A stretch of DNA of 64,000 nt, taken from Candidatus Heimdallarchaeota archaeon (GTDB taxonomy: Archaea; Asgardarchaeota; Heimdallarchaeia; Heimdallarchaeales; Heimdallarchaeaceae). This document shows, piece by piece, positions 1-10,171 of this stretch (position 1 is the first letter of the stretch; every line of letters begins with the position of its first letter). The notes under the pieces are model-generated. The model made no database searches. It was not told the DNA's origin and was given only the letters and a program-made list of their open reading frames with translations. The stretch covers positions 1 through 64,000 of the forward strand of contig JAHLWR010000008.1 in the NCBI GenBank assembly GCA_019057815.1, in the 5' to 3' direction. The position numbers and the translations under genes are program-made.

Positions 1-70
1 AAAAGAAGAACCTAAAAAAGAAGAACCTAAAAAAGAAGAACCTAAAAAAGAAGAACCTAAAAAAGAAGAA
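1..70 (+). repeat. 15-bp coding tandem repeat (AAAAGAAGAACCTAA)x4+, encoding KEEPK repeats
   Basis: Four perfect 15-bp units plus a partial unit, in frame with the ORF at 77. Confidence 0.9.
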
Positions 71-454
71 GAACTAATGGAACAAAGTGAGAAAGAGGAA
101 ATTGAAAACCTAAAAGAGGAAGTAAAAGAGGAAGTTCTGGAGGAAATCAAAAAAGAAGTAATCAAAGAAGTAAAAGAAGAACCAAAGAAAGAATTGAAAA
201 AAGTAGTTGCGCAAGCTCTAAAAGATAGTGATAGTATCGCGAATTTGAAAGAATCAATAATCGAGGAAATTAAAGAAGAAATAATTGATGAAATTGTCTA
301 CGAATTAAGACATGAATTAAAGGAACCAAAGAAAGAGTTGAAACAAAAGGTTAAGGAAGAAATCAAGGAAGAAGCTGCTAAAGGACAACTAAAAGCAGAT
401 GAAGAAATAACAGAAGAAGATGAGGAATTGACGAAACATTCAGATTTCGAATAA
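2..454 (+). CDS. C-terminal part of a Lys/Glu-rich low-complexity protein (5' end outside the window)
   Basis: Frame is open from position 2 (KEEPK repeats) through the 77..454 ORF; highly charged helical sequence. Confidence 0.7.
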   Translation, partial: KEEPKKEEPKKEEPKKEEPKKEEELMEQSEKEEIENLKEEVKEEVLEEIKKEVIKEVKEEPKKELKKVVAQALKDSDSIANLKESIIEEIKEEIIDEIVYELRHELKEPKKELKQKVKEEIKEEAAKGQLKADEEITEEDEELTKHSDFE

Positions 455-594
455 AATCAATTAGAATAATTAAATATTAGAATTATCATGTCCCATAAAC
501 GGGAAATGTGTGCTTTAAGCACTGAAAAAAGCAGTGATCGTCATGATCACAAGAAACTATGCAATATTTACGTTCACAGAGGTTGTAAAATCAG

Positions 595-1977
595 ATGGTG
601 CTAAATGTATGGATTCCACGTATTATAATCATTATAATCGTACTAGTAACCATCCTATTACTAATTAAGGAGGGAATTGATTCTACAAAAATTACTGTTA
701 CAGGTGCAATAGTAGTTACTTTAGTCTACCTAATATTTATGGATTGGGAGAAGGGTTTTACCGATAATTTAGCTTATGAAGAAGTACCTCACAATTTTCT
801 GGAAGCCTTAGCAAAAACAGTTAATGTTGAAGCGATAATAATAATATTTTCTATAGGTATAATAGTAGCTATAACTAAAGGGGCAGGCTTTTTTGATTTT
901 GTATCACTATATATTGTTAAACTAACTAAAGGTAATCCTAAAAAATTATTATTAGCAATTGGTGGACTAACATTCTTTGTTAGCATGTTCTTTGATAATT
1001 TAAGTGCAATTATTTTATTAGGATCTTTAACAGTCGTCATTTGTAAGCAGTTGGAACTTAATCCTGAACCATATGTGATGTTTGTCGGTATAAATACAAT
1101 TATTGGTGGATTGCCTACTCCTGTCTCTTCAATACCAAATATTATCTTCTTTAACTTATATCCGGAGGAAGGAATGAACTTCATCAAATTTACATTATAT
1201 ATGTTCCCAATTGCAATTCTTTTCTTTGTTATTGCTTCAGCATTTTTCTTCCTTGTTTATAAGAAGCAAATAATGACCAAAGTTCCAGATGAGAAAAAAG
1301 AACAACTAGGAAGAATAAATCCTTGGTCTGGGATAGAAGATAGAAAAAACATCTGGAAATCAATAATTCTATTAGGATTTCTATTTGTTGGATTTATTCT
1401 TACAAGTATCCCTGGTAATCCTATAGATGTGGCCTTAATGGCCCTAATATCAGCAATTTTTGGTCTTTTTCTGTTCAAAACAGAGTTAAGACGTTATTTG
1501 GAGGACGGGGTAGAGTGGGAGATGATTATTTTCGCGATAGCTCTTTTCGTCTTAATGGGAGTTCTAACAGCTGCAGGAGCCTTAATACCATTAACTAATA
1601 TGCTTGTTAACATAATAGGTACGGATGTAACACTGAGTGGATATATACTAGTTGCAATAATAATCGGTGTTGTTGGAATACCTATAGCTGGACTTTTGAA
1701 TAGTTTTTCAGCTGCTCTCATTTTCTCCTATATCTTTAAGGCATTACCTGCAGGATTATTGTCAGGTTTATGGTTCGGCTTTGTGCTTTCTGGCAACGTT
1801 GGGGGAGCACTAACACCTCTTGGATCAATAACTATTCTAATGTCACTAGAGATTTTAAATAGGGAAGGATATCCTATGTCTTTTCTCAAATATGTAAAAA
1901 AGATGCTCCCTTTAACATTAACTCTTGGAGCATTAAGTATAACCTATTCAATCATTCTAATTGCTTTAGGTTTGTAG
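595..1977 (+). CDS. ArsB/NhaD (SLC13/P-protein-like) ion transporter
   Basis: About 12 TM segments; SMFFDN, GGLPTPVSSIPN and GNVGGALTPLGS motifs typical of the IT superfamily. Confidence 0.85.
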   Translation: MVLNVWIPRIIIIIIVLVTILLLIKEGIDSTKITVTGAIVVTLVYLIFMDWEKGFTDNLAYEEVPHNFLEALAKTVNVEAIIIIFSIGIIVAITKGAGFFDFVSLYIVKLTKGNPKKLLLAIGGLTFFVSMFFDNLSAIILLGSLTVVICKQLELNPEPYVMFVGINTIIGGLPTPVSSIPNIIFFNLYPEEGMNFIKFTLYMFPIAILFFVIASAFFFLVYKKQIMTKVPDEKKEQLGRINPWSGIEDRKNIWKSIILLGFLFVGFILTSIPGNPIDVALMALISAIFGLFLFKTELRRYLEDGVEWEMIIFAIALFVLMGVLTAAGALIPLTNMLVNIIGTDVTLSGYILVAIIIGVVGIPIAGLLNSFSAALIFSYIFKALPAGLLSGLWFGFVLSGNVGGALTPLGSITILMSLEILNREGYPMSFLKYVKKMLPLTLTLGALSITYSIILIALGL

Positions 1978-2233
1978 GAGATTAACATTTCTCTGTCAAG
2001 AATTGATATAACAGCTGTAACAAATGCTGCAGAAAATAAAAGGTTCTAGATATTCTATTTTCATTGCTGTCTGAAAAAATTAAAGGCTAATGCAACATAC
2101 CTTTTTCTTGCATTTTTCTAGCTTGATTGTAAGTCTTTTCTTTGTCCTCATCAAGGTCAACAGATGGCTTTATAAGGAAATCTTTTTTGTTCAGTAGAGA
2201 AAACCTTTTGTTTGTTTTTGAAACGATTTTTCT

Positions 2234-3064
2234 ATGCATTGGGAAAAAGAACGAGATATCGTACAGAGAACAGATATTCCAATCACTCAAAAAAGTTTAT
2301 CCAAGGATTTACGAGAAACTGGACTAGGTATAGGAGATACTGTCCTAGTACATAGTTCTATGAGTAAGATTGGATGGGTAGTTGGAGGTCCTATATCTGT
2401 TATCAATGCTCTAATGGATGTTCTTACAACTAAAGGAACCTTAGTTATGCCTACTTTTTCTACAGATAATACTGACCCAAAAAATTGGGAGTCTCCACCT
2501 GTTCCTGAAAGCTGGTGGTCCACAATAAGAGAGAATATGCCAGCTTATCATTCAGAAATTAGTCCAACTCGAGGAATGGGTAGAGTTCCTGAAACATTTC
2601 GAAACTATCCTATTGTTAGACGATCACCTCATCCTCAGTGTTCTTTTACAGCTTGGGGGAAAAACAAAGAACTTATATCTACTTCTCATCCATTATTTCC
2701 AGTATTTGGGGCGAATTCTCCTTTAGAACGATTATATCATCTAAAAGCTAAAATTTTACTTCTAGGAGTAGATAATGTTAATAACACTTCACTTCATTAT
2801 GCTGAATGGAAAGCAAAACTACCCAACCACCCTTATGAAGATCAAGGAGCTTCAATAATGAAGAATGGAAAACAGACTTGGGAAGCATGGAAAGATATTA
2901 AATATTCTGATGAAGATTTTAATGAAGTAGGAAAAGAGTTTGAAGAAACTTACGATATACCAACTTTCTTCATAGGTCAAGCAAAAACTAAATTGCTTCC
3001 TATGCAAGAATTAGTCGATTTTACAATCCCTTGGTTTCAGAAAAATCGTAAATATCTAGATTAG
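2234..3064 (+). CDS. AAC(3)-family aminoglycoside N3-acetyltransferase-like protein (YokD-like)
   Basis: VLVHSSMS, GTLVMPTF, RSPHP, LLLGV..NTSLHYAE motifs. Confidence 0.9.
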   Translation: MHWEKERDIVQRTDIPITQKSLSKDLRETGLGIGDTVLVHSSMSKIGWVVGGPISVINALMDVLTTKGTLVMPTFSTDNTDPKNWESPPVPESWWSTIRENMPAYHSEISPTRGMGRVPETFRNYPIVRRSPHPQCSFTAWGKNKELISTSHPLFPVFGANSPLERLYHLKAKILLLGVDNVNNTSLHYAEWKAKLPNHPYEDQGASIMKNGKQTWEAWKDIKYSDEDFNEVGKEFEETYDIPTFFIGQAKTKLLPMQELVDFTIPWFQKNRKYLD

Positions 3065-3224
3065 AAGTGAGTAATATTTATTGATTCAGATTATTTTTAT
3101 CCTCTGGGGGTTAACCTTTAGGTGTTTTTCCGCCTTTATTAAATCTTAAATCGTATTCTATGCAATATTACAAGATAATTAATCTAAAAAATAGCTTGTC
3201 ATATAGATATTAAGCTGAAGAAAG

Positions 3225-4280
3225 CTAGTTTTTCTCTTGCCACTTCCTTGCATCACCATGATCCATTTCCCTGTCTTCAGCAATTTTTGGATATTTCCCT
3301 TGGAGTACTTCATCTTTTGAAAGCCAATACATTGATTTATGCTCTTTGTTATACAAGATATTGATCGCATGTGGAACTATTTTTGTGGTTAAGGTTTTCC
3401 CAATTGAGTCAGGAATATAGACTTCACCATCAAATTGAAAGGGAATTGGTTCTTCTACTTCTAGTTTAACTTTTTTTGCTCTTGTAAATATTGTCCCCTT
3501 CATTGTTTTATGTTTACCATGTGTAATTCTTTTGATTGCAATTAGTGTTTGCAATTTAGTTACTTTTTGTGTAATAAAAACATTGAAATCATCAGCTTGG
3601 GGATGCGCATCAACACAACAAAGCATTCCTCCCCCATTAGCTTTTCCTGTTCCAATTGTTACCATCATCAGTTTAATATCAATTGGTTTGTTATCATCAA
3701 GAGTAATTTTAGCTTTTTTCTGTTTTACTGTAAAGAGTTTCTTTACGGCTAAATAAGTGTATTTTCTTGGTCCTTTAATAAATGACCCTTCACCTAGGTT
3801 TGCAGCATGACCAACAAGCGAAGAAATTCCTGTGTCTAGAACATTATTAAAATACTTACTAAAACCTGTATCTTCGACAGTGAATTTTCCCACAGATGCT
3901 GGAGAGACCTCAGTTGTCTCAAACAACGTTTTTACAGCATTTTTCGGATTCCAAGGGAGTCCTAATACAGTGTTATAATCGTTTCCTGTTCCAAAAGGTA
4001 AAACTCCAAAAGCTACTTTTTTACGTTTTTCCTCTGATACACTCATTAATCCGTTTATAACCTCGTTAACAACACCATCACCGCTAACCACAATTATTCT
4101 GTCAAATCCTTCATTAATAGCTTCTTTTGCGAAATTTTCTCCTTGAAACGGTTCAGTTGTATATTCTACACTATAATCAGTAATATATTCCTTAATCACA
4201 GATTCAGCTACTTGCCAACGTTTAATGCATTCACCTAAACCGCTCTTGGGATTAACAATGAATTTCCACTTCAATGACAT
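3225..4280 (-). CDS. Diacylglycerol/lipid kinase family protein (YegS/DAGK-like)
   Basis: IVNPKSG, SGDGVVNEVING, LPFGTGND, FQFDGE motifs. Confidence 0.9.
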   Translation of the reverse strand: MSLKWKFIVNPKSGLGECIKRWQVAESVIKEYITDYSVEYTTEPFQGENFAKEAINEGFDRIIVVSGDGVVNEVINGLMSVSEEKRKKVAFGVLPFGTGNDYNTVLGLPWNPKNAVKTLFETTEVSPASVGKFTVEDTGFSKYFNNVLDTGISSLVGHAANLGEGSFIKGPRKYTYLAVKKLFTVKQKKAKITLDDNKPIDIKLMMVTIGTGKANGGGMLCCVDAHPQADDFNVFITQKVTKLQTLIAIKRITHGKHKTMKGTIFTRAKKVKLEVEEPIPFQFDGEVYIPDSIGKTLTTKIVPHAINILYNKEHKSMYWLSKDEVLQGKYPKIAEDREMDHGDARKWQEKN

Positions 4281-4408
4281 GTTAATCGAATCATTTTACC
4301 TTTTAATAAAACTTATCCCTTTTAATGTGAAATTATGGAATAAGAAAAAAATATGTAGTACAAGAATATCTAATTAGTTTTCAAAATATTTTTATCATGT
4401 TGACATAA

Positions 4409-5680
4409 TTGATAAACGTGGTCATCACTAGCGAAGAAGAATTTCAGATTTTTATAGAGGACTTCTCTTACTCTAATTATTACAATTTGAAAAAAGACAA
4501 GAATGTTATTAAAACCTCGCTAGTTCCCTTTATAATTTCCAATTCCGAGTTCTTCAAATATGTTAACGAATATTGGACTTCTAAGCAGAGACAATCCTCT
4601 TCAATCCATGAAATTTCATATCGAGCTTGTTTTAAAGCTAATTTACCTCGTTTTTTTATTGAGCTTCTAACAAGACCAAAGGATACAGTCTATGATCCTT
4701 TCTCAGGAAGGGGAACTACGGGTCTAGAAGCTGGTCTTCTAGGTAGAAGAGTAATTCTTAATGATGTTAACCCTCTGAGTATGGTATTATATTACCCAAG
4801 ATTTTTCATTCTAGAAGTCGAGGAAATAATGAACAGGTTAGATTTACTTACTTATGATTACATCTTAACAGCTGATATTGACTTGTCCATGTTTTTCCAC
4901 AAACGAACAGAGAGTGAAATTGTTGCGCTCAAACACTTTTTGAATAAAAGACAATCTAATAATGAGGAAGATATTATTGATAAATGGATACGAATGGTGG
5001 CTACAAACCGTTTAACGGGGCATTCTAAAGGTTTTTTCTCTGTTTATACTCTCCCACCCAATCAAGCTGTAACACCCAATCGTCAAAAGGAAATCAATAG
5101 AAAACGTAGACAACATCCAGATTATAGAGACATTAAATCTAGAATAATTAAAAAAGCAAAAAGTTTGACTCGAAACGTAACTGAAGAAGAATCAACAAAT
5201 CTTCTTAAAGCAGGAAAAACAGGTTTGTTTCTTACTGAAAAGGCTCAAAATACTACAGAAATCAAGAATGAATCAGTACAATTGACAGTTACATCACCTC
5301 CATTTCTAGATGTTGTTCAATATTCAACTGATAATTGGTTACGTTGTTGGTTTAATGACATCGATGATAATGAAGTTTCAAAAAATATAACTGTTACCAA
5401 AAGTCTAGATGAATGGAAAATTGTTATGAAAGGGGTTTTTAAAGAACTTTACAGAATAACAAAACATGGAGGATGGGTGGCTTTCGAAGTAGGAGAAGTA
5501 AAAAAAGGTACACTAAAACTAGAAGAATATGTTGTACCTTTGGGTTTAGAAGCAGGATTTAATTGTGTGGGGATTCTCATCAACATGCAAAAATTCACTA
5601 AGACAGCCAATATTTGGGGGATAAAAAGCAATATCAAAGGGACTAATACAAATAGAGTTGTTATCTTTAGAAAGAAATAA
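4409..5680 (+). CDS. Orphan site-specific amino-DNA methyltransferase (N4-mC/N6-mA type)
   Basis: Motif I DPFSGRGTT and motif IV TSPPF; no adjacent restriction endonuclease. Confidence 0.85.
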   Translation: MINVVITSEEEFQIFIEDFSYSNYYNLKKDKNVIKTSLVPFIISNSEFFKYVNEYWTSKQRQSSSIHEISYRACFKANLPRFFIELLTRPKDTVYDPFSGRGTTGLEAGLLGRRVILNDVNPLSMVLYYPRFFILEVEEIMNRLDLLTYDYILTADIDLSMFFHKRTESEIVALKHFLNKRQSNNEEDIIDKWIRMVATNRLTGHSKGFFSVYTLPPNQAVTPNRQKEINRKRRQHPDYRDIKSRIIKKAKSLTRNVTEEESTNLLKAGKTGLFLTEKAQNTTEIKNESVQLTVTSPPFLDVVQYSTDNWLRCWFNDIDDNEVSKNITVTKSLDEWKIVMKGVFKELYRITKHGGWVAFEVGEVKKGTLKLEEYVVPLGLEAGFNCVGILINMQKFTKTANIWGIKSNIKGTNTNRVVIFRKK

Positions 5681-5716
5681 AGAAAACATTATATAATAAA
5701 TTATCAATTCTGATGT

Positions 5717-6184
5717 ATGGGAAAAAAGTTAACAACATTCCTAATAATATTCTTCCTTCTCCTAGCTGTTGCAGGCGTTATTGGAATAGATGTCTATTTA
5801 AGCTATAAGACAATCAATGAAAACGCAGATCAATTCACAGTATCCGCACCTCTTTTTGCTATTGGAGCTGATAATAAAACGATAGATGTTACAGCAGAAA
5901 TTACTACACCTAAGCTAGGTTTTCTACCAAAGTCTGTGAAACTCAATATTACCATTTTAAATGGCACAGAGATTTTAAATGTATTTGAGAAAGAGATCAA
6001 ATTTGGTGTAACCTCAGAGCTTAATTTCACTTTGATTTTCGATGACCAAGTAGCGGAAAAGATAGCATTAGGCCAGACTATTACTTTGACTGTAAAGATC
6101 GTTGCTACTCCAGTTTTTCTGGGTATAGCACTGAATTTCATTGCTTTAGATCTAGATGATCAAGTTATTAACATTCATCTATAA
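5717..6184 (+). CDS. Membrane-anchored hypothetical protein (beta-rich, LEA_2-like)
   Basis: N-terminal TM helix followed by a beta-strand-rich domain. Confidence 0.6.
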   Translation: MGKKLTTFLIIFFLLLAVAGVIGIDVYLSYKTINENADQFTVSAPLFAIGADNKTIDVTAEITTPKLGFLPKSVKLNITILNGTEILNVFEKEIKFGVTSELNFTLIFDDQVAEKIALGQTITLTVKIVATPVFLGIALNFIALDLDDQVINIHL

Positions 6185-6189
6185 TATGA

Positions 6190-6319
6190 TTCTGTCTCCT
6201 TATCACCTAACAGAATCTTTTGTAGATGGTCTCGCTAGATAGCTCACTCGAAGAGGGTACATCACATATCCTCCTACTATATTAAGCGGTATGAGCAGGA
6301 AGGAGATTAGGAGATAGAA
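6190..6319. repeat. Inverted-repeat-bounded structured element (MITE-like)
   Basis: 6190-6208 vs 6301-6319 inverted repeat 16/19; internal 23-mer 6255-6277 (minus) is 20/23 identical to 13470-13492. Confidence 0.55.
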
Positions 6320-6395
6320 GTAGATCTAATTGAAATAAAATATACCTGTAATGCTTGTGTTTTAAGTTTTTATACAACTAATTTTAATAATATTT

Positions 6396-7289
6396 GTGTG
6401 TCCAGACTTTGGTATTGTAGTAGATTCAACCTCAGATTTTCCTCAGAAATTATTGAATAAACTAGACATTAAAATGGTCAATGCCTTCATAATAATAGAA
6501 GACACGGAATATGAGGATAGGGTAAATATAACCCGTATCCAACTACTAAAAGCATTAAATAATCCAAAATTAAGGATAACAACATCACAACCTTCACCTA
6601 GACAGTTTCTTCAAGTTTTTCAGGAATTATTGACTAGATATAAAAAAGTTCTATATATTGGACTTAGTAGTAAACTATCAGGAACATTTCAAAACGCTAC
6701 TATTGCAGCTAAAAAACTAAGTGAGGAAAAAGTTTACTGTTATGACACTTTGAGCTTGTCTTATGGAAATACTGTATATGCTTATCATGCTGCTATTAGG
6801 CGAAAAGATGGTGTTTCTTTAGAAACAGTTCTCAAAGAGTTAGATCAAATTCAAAAGAATATCAGTATATATATCACCGTCGGAGATTTAGAATATATGC
6901 GAAGGGGGGGTAGGATAGGTAGAGCTAGAAGTATTATTGGAAAATTATTTCATATAAAACCTGTTCTAACAATAAAAGAAGGAGAACTAGAGGTTTTCAA
7001 AACTTCTCGAGGAATAGAATCAGCTCGTCAAATTATTTATAAGAATGTTATCAAAGATGCTAGAAAGTTCAAGAATTACATTTTTTTGTCAACTTGTGGA
7101 ATTGATGATGATAATTTCAATTCCTTTGTTGAAAAAATTACAAAAAACACAAAACCACTTAAAAGAATTTCAGGACCATTAGGACCAATTGTTTTATGTC
7201 ATGTTGGTCCTCTAGCAGATGCTGTAGTTCTCGCAAAAATCCCGAAAAAATCCGTGAAATCATATTTACAAGAAAAGAAACTGCTTTGA
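6396..7289 (+). CDS. DegV family fatty-acid-binding protein
   Basis: IVVDSTSD, TTSQPSP, LSSKLSGT, RRGGRI, IKPVL, HVGP motifs. Confidence 0.92.
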   Translation: MCPDFGIVVDSTSDFPQKLLNKLDIKMVNAFIIIEDTEYEDRVNITRIQLLKALNNPKLRITTSQPSPRQFLQVFQELLTRYKKVLYIGLSSKLSGTFQNATIAAKKLSEEKVYCYDTLSLSYGNTVYAYHAAIRRKDGVSLETVLKELDQIQKNISIYITVGDLEYMRRGGRIGRARSIIGKLFHIKPVLTIKEGELEVFKTSRGIESARQIIYKNVIKDARKFKNYIFLSTCGIDDDNFNSFVEKITKNTKPLKRISGPLGPIVLCHVGPLADAVVLAKIPKKSVKSYLQEKKLL

Positions 7290-7397
7290 TTTGCCATGTA
7301 GGTCGCTATTTACAAGGTTTTGATATTGTTAAGATTCTTGAAGAAACACTGGAAAGTTACAAATAAGGAAAACTAGCGGAAAGAATGAAGAAAGGTT

Positions 7398-8486
7398 TTA
7401 AGTTTTATAAAATCTAGGATCTACTTTTTCTCTTTTTTCTACGTCTTCAAGATTTTTCATTGCTTGTTTTTTTACTTGCTCTAAAGATTTATTTGAATGA
7501 TTTTTCCATCTTAAATGCGTTTTTGCGCTCTCTCCGCAATAAGGACAGAACAAATTATCCAGCATCTTTAATAATTGATTATGAGCTAGAAGGTTTCTTT
7601 TATGACGACTTCTTTCTTGATTTATGGGTTTAGCCAAAACAGCTGCTTTTTCTTTCTTTTCTACCTTAATTACCTTTTTTAAGGTATCCATTTCATTCTT
7701 TGGAACACCTATACTATATCCTAACTCTTTATCACCAACAATTTCAACAGGAACCCCTTTAGTTAGTAAAGCTTCTCGTTCTGCCTTTGGAACTTTTTTA
7801 ATCTGTGAAACAAATTTACTTGCTGTATCTTTACTCATATCTGCATCTACGATTTTAGAATAAGCTTGTATCTGTAAATCAATATCACTTATTGTTGAAA
7901 GTCTAGATAAGATTCTCTCAGGAATTCTGTTTTCATCAGGTTTACTTAACTCTTCATTAATGATTTCAGGGCTAACGGAAATGGATTCAAGCCAAAGTCT
8001 TATTGTATTAGATTTAACATGAATTTTAGCACATATTTCATCTATTTTTTCTTCTGTTGGAACAAGAGATAAATCCTTTGATTTCTTCCTTTCAATGCTG
8101 TTAATAATATTAGCTAAACTTTTAGGGGCTAAAACTATCCCAGAACTTCTAAATATTTCTAGAACACCTCTTCCCTTTTCAATCATAAAGAGATCTTTTC
8201 GATGAATATTTTCAATTAATGATTCAATTCGCTGTCTGTTATCATCAACATCCTTTACTATTGCATAGATGTTTTTTAATCCTGCAAATTGTGCAGCTCT
8301 CCATCTTCTTTCTCCTGCAATAATTTGATAAGAATCATCACCAGTAATTCTAATTAGAATTGGATTGAGTAAATCGAACTCTTTTATTGAATCTGCTAAC
8401 TCTTCTAAAGCATCTTTATCGAACCTTTCACGTGGTTGAAAAGGACTTGGCGATATTTTTTTAATAGGTATTACTTCTATTTCCAC
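7398..8486 (-). CDS. ParB/Srx N-terminal domain protein with C-terminal CPYC motif
   Basis: PSPFQPR, LADSIKE..LLNPI, YQIIAGERRWRAA (ParB box II), ENIHRKDL; GGAGG SD before the GTG start. Confidence 0.9.
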   Translation of the reverse strand: MEIEVIPIKKISPSPFQPRERFDKDALEELADSIKEFDLLNPILIRITGDDSYQIIAGERRWRAAQFAGLKNIYAIVKDVDDNRQRIESLIENIHRKDLFMIEKGRGVLEIFRSSGIVLAPKSLANIINSIERKKSKDLSLVPTEEKIDEICAKIHVKSNTIRLWLESISVSPEIINEELSKPDENRIPERILSRLSTISDIDLQIQAYSKIVDADMSKDTASKFVSQIKKVPKAEREALLTKGVPVEIVGDKELGYSIGVPKNEMDTLKKVIKVEKKEKAAVLAKPINQERSRHKRNLLAHNQLLKMLDNLFCPYCGESAKTHLRWKNHSNKSLEQVKKQAMKNLEDVEKREKVDPRFYKT

Positions 8487-8489
8487 TTT

Positions 8490-8711
8490 TTAACCTCCTT
8501 CCTTAATTAATTCCAAAGCAATAAGTTTCCAAGGAACTTGAGTTATTTCCCAGTTATCTTCTGAAGTGTTAATGGATAATAGCTTTGTACTCTCCCCATC
8601 ACCATTCTTAACGACAACTTTCATTTGATCTATTGCTTCATCTTTACTTGTAAATATCCATTTATCCTTCCCTGCATCTAAAACGTAAAAACTATCAGTA
8701 TCCATCTTCAT
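8490..8711 (-). CDS. Small hypothetical protein co-transcribed with the ParB-like gene
   Basis: 73 aa, AGGTG SD, ends 3 nt before the ParB start. Confidence 0.65.
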   Translation of the reverse strand: MKMDTDSFYVLDAGKDKWIFTSKDEAIDQMKVVVKNGDGESTKLLSINTSEDNWEITQVPWKLIALELIKEGG

Positions 8712-9295
8712 TCTTTCACCTTTACCGTCATTTTCCGGAGTTTTGTGGTCTTTCTCTAGTTATTGTTGGTTTTGTATTTAAAAAGTAATTGTATTACTCT
8801 TATTGATTCGCTAACCTCCTATTTATTGTCGGAATATAATCTTTTTGTTATAATAGAAGTTCTACAAGCGAAAAAGCAGAAAAAAAGCAGAAAAAAAGAT
8901 GATTTTTCAATGTTGAAGCATACATTTATCGGTTTTTCTTTCTCCACGAAACTATAGCAATAGCTGAAATCAGGAGTATAGAAATTGATAAAGAGGATAT
9001 ATTTTCAGATACTGTTTGTCCCCATCCAGATAGTGTTACCCATAACCACCAGATAGCATAAGCTTTCAAATTACCATTCAAAGCTTGAGAATGTGCAGGA
9101 GAGCACATATACCAATCAATATCTTGAGTGTGGTTAGCTTGCCAATCAAGAGCCCAGTTACCAGAATTAACGCCATCATTACAATCCCATTATCATCAAG
9201 GAATGTACTATTATAGTCATAGAGATTGGCAGTCCCTCCGTTTCCTTCCTTAAGTGCAGGAAGACTATTCATTCCTGTTGTTATTCGTGAACCAT

Positions 9296-9632
9296 AGTCT
9301 TGATTTTTGTACATTTTATTATACATCAATCTTGCGCTTCAAGAACCCCTACGAGGGGGAAGCAATCATCGCGCCGTTGAAGATGGACTATAACACCTTA
9401 GCCACGGACACTGGAGAAGACAAGCTTTTCCGCTCACGTGGAACGTGTGACCTTATTAAGGTCATCTAATCTTCCTTCTAGGGAGACGAACCCAGGGGGA
9501 AGGACCCTATCATACGTCTTGTTCTTTAGAGATTATCCTGACACGCTGTGCCAGTAATGATGTTTCCACATCACTATACTATTATTCATAAAATACTATT
9601 TAAAGCAAACAAAAAATGTACAAAAATTGCTC
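9296..9632 (-). mobile_element. Non-autonomous 337-bp insertion element carrying a promoter and structured RNA (E1)
   Basis: CCAT direct repeat at 9292-9295 and 9633-9636; perfect 15-bp subterminal inverted repeat ATTTTTGTACATTTT (9303-9317 / 9613-9627); removal restores the codons for SHGSR. Confidence 0.85.
9330..9574 (-). ncRNA. Putative structured ncRNA inside E1
   Basis: TTTAAATA box (9604-9597) then, 30 nt later, hairpins GTGATGT-GGAA-ACATCAT, TGGCAC-AGC-GTGTCA (G.U favours minus strand), TGACCTT-AAT-AAGGTCA, CCCCT-CGT-AGGGG; GC content well above flanks. Confidence 0.55.
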
Positions 9633-10171
9633 CCATGAGATGTATATTGGTACACTATTCGTAGAGTGTTCTTAGCATTAAGAATTGCAGAATCAGGTAT
9701 TTCATCTAGTCTAACAGAGTTACATATTGAATGGTCAGCTATTGTTGGTTCTAAAGCTGCTCTAACTGTTCCTCCAGAAAGCAAAATGATAGCTAACGGT
9801 ATAACTATTACAACTAAAACACTAAATTGTCTTTTCTTCAAGGTAATCACCAATAAAGAATAATTCATCCTTTAACATTAATAAATGATTTGGCATTTGA
9901 AATGAAAAAACAATCTTCTTCAATTTACTAAAGAATAAGCTTGGTATTAAGGTGTTTTTAACAAAGTCCAGGTATTTATTTAACTAATAAAGACTTTGCA
10001 AAAGTGTTCCTTGGATGGATAGTTGCAGGAAAATGCTTATTATACTCTTTAACTGAAACAATTAGAAAAGATTAGGAAAGCACTTAATGTTTTCCATCGA
10101 AGTTAATTATTCTTTGCTCTAATATGTGTGATTCATATTATCCATCTTGTCTTTGAGAACTGTATCATTAT

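Larger units (their letters stand above)
8926..9868 (-). pseudogene. Secreted, C-terminally anchored protein disrupted by a 337-bp insert and a frameshift
   Basis: ORFs 9596-9868, 9078-9329 and 8926-9108 join into signal peptide...YTSHG|SRITTGM...NWALDWQANH...CSPAHSQALNGNLKAYAIWWLW...TM once the insert and one CCAT are removed and one frame change is allowed. Confidence 0.8.
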
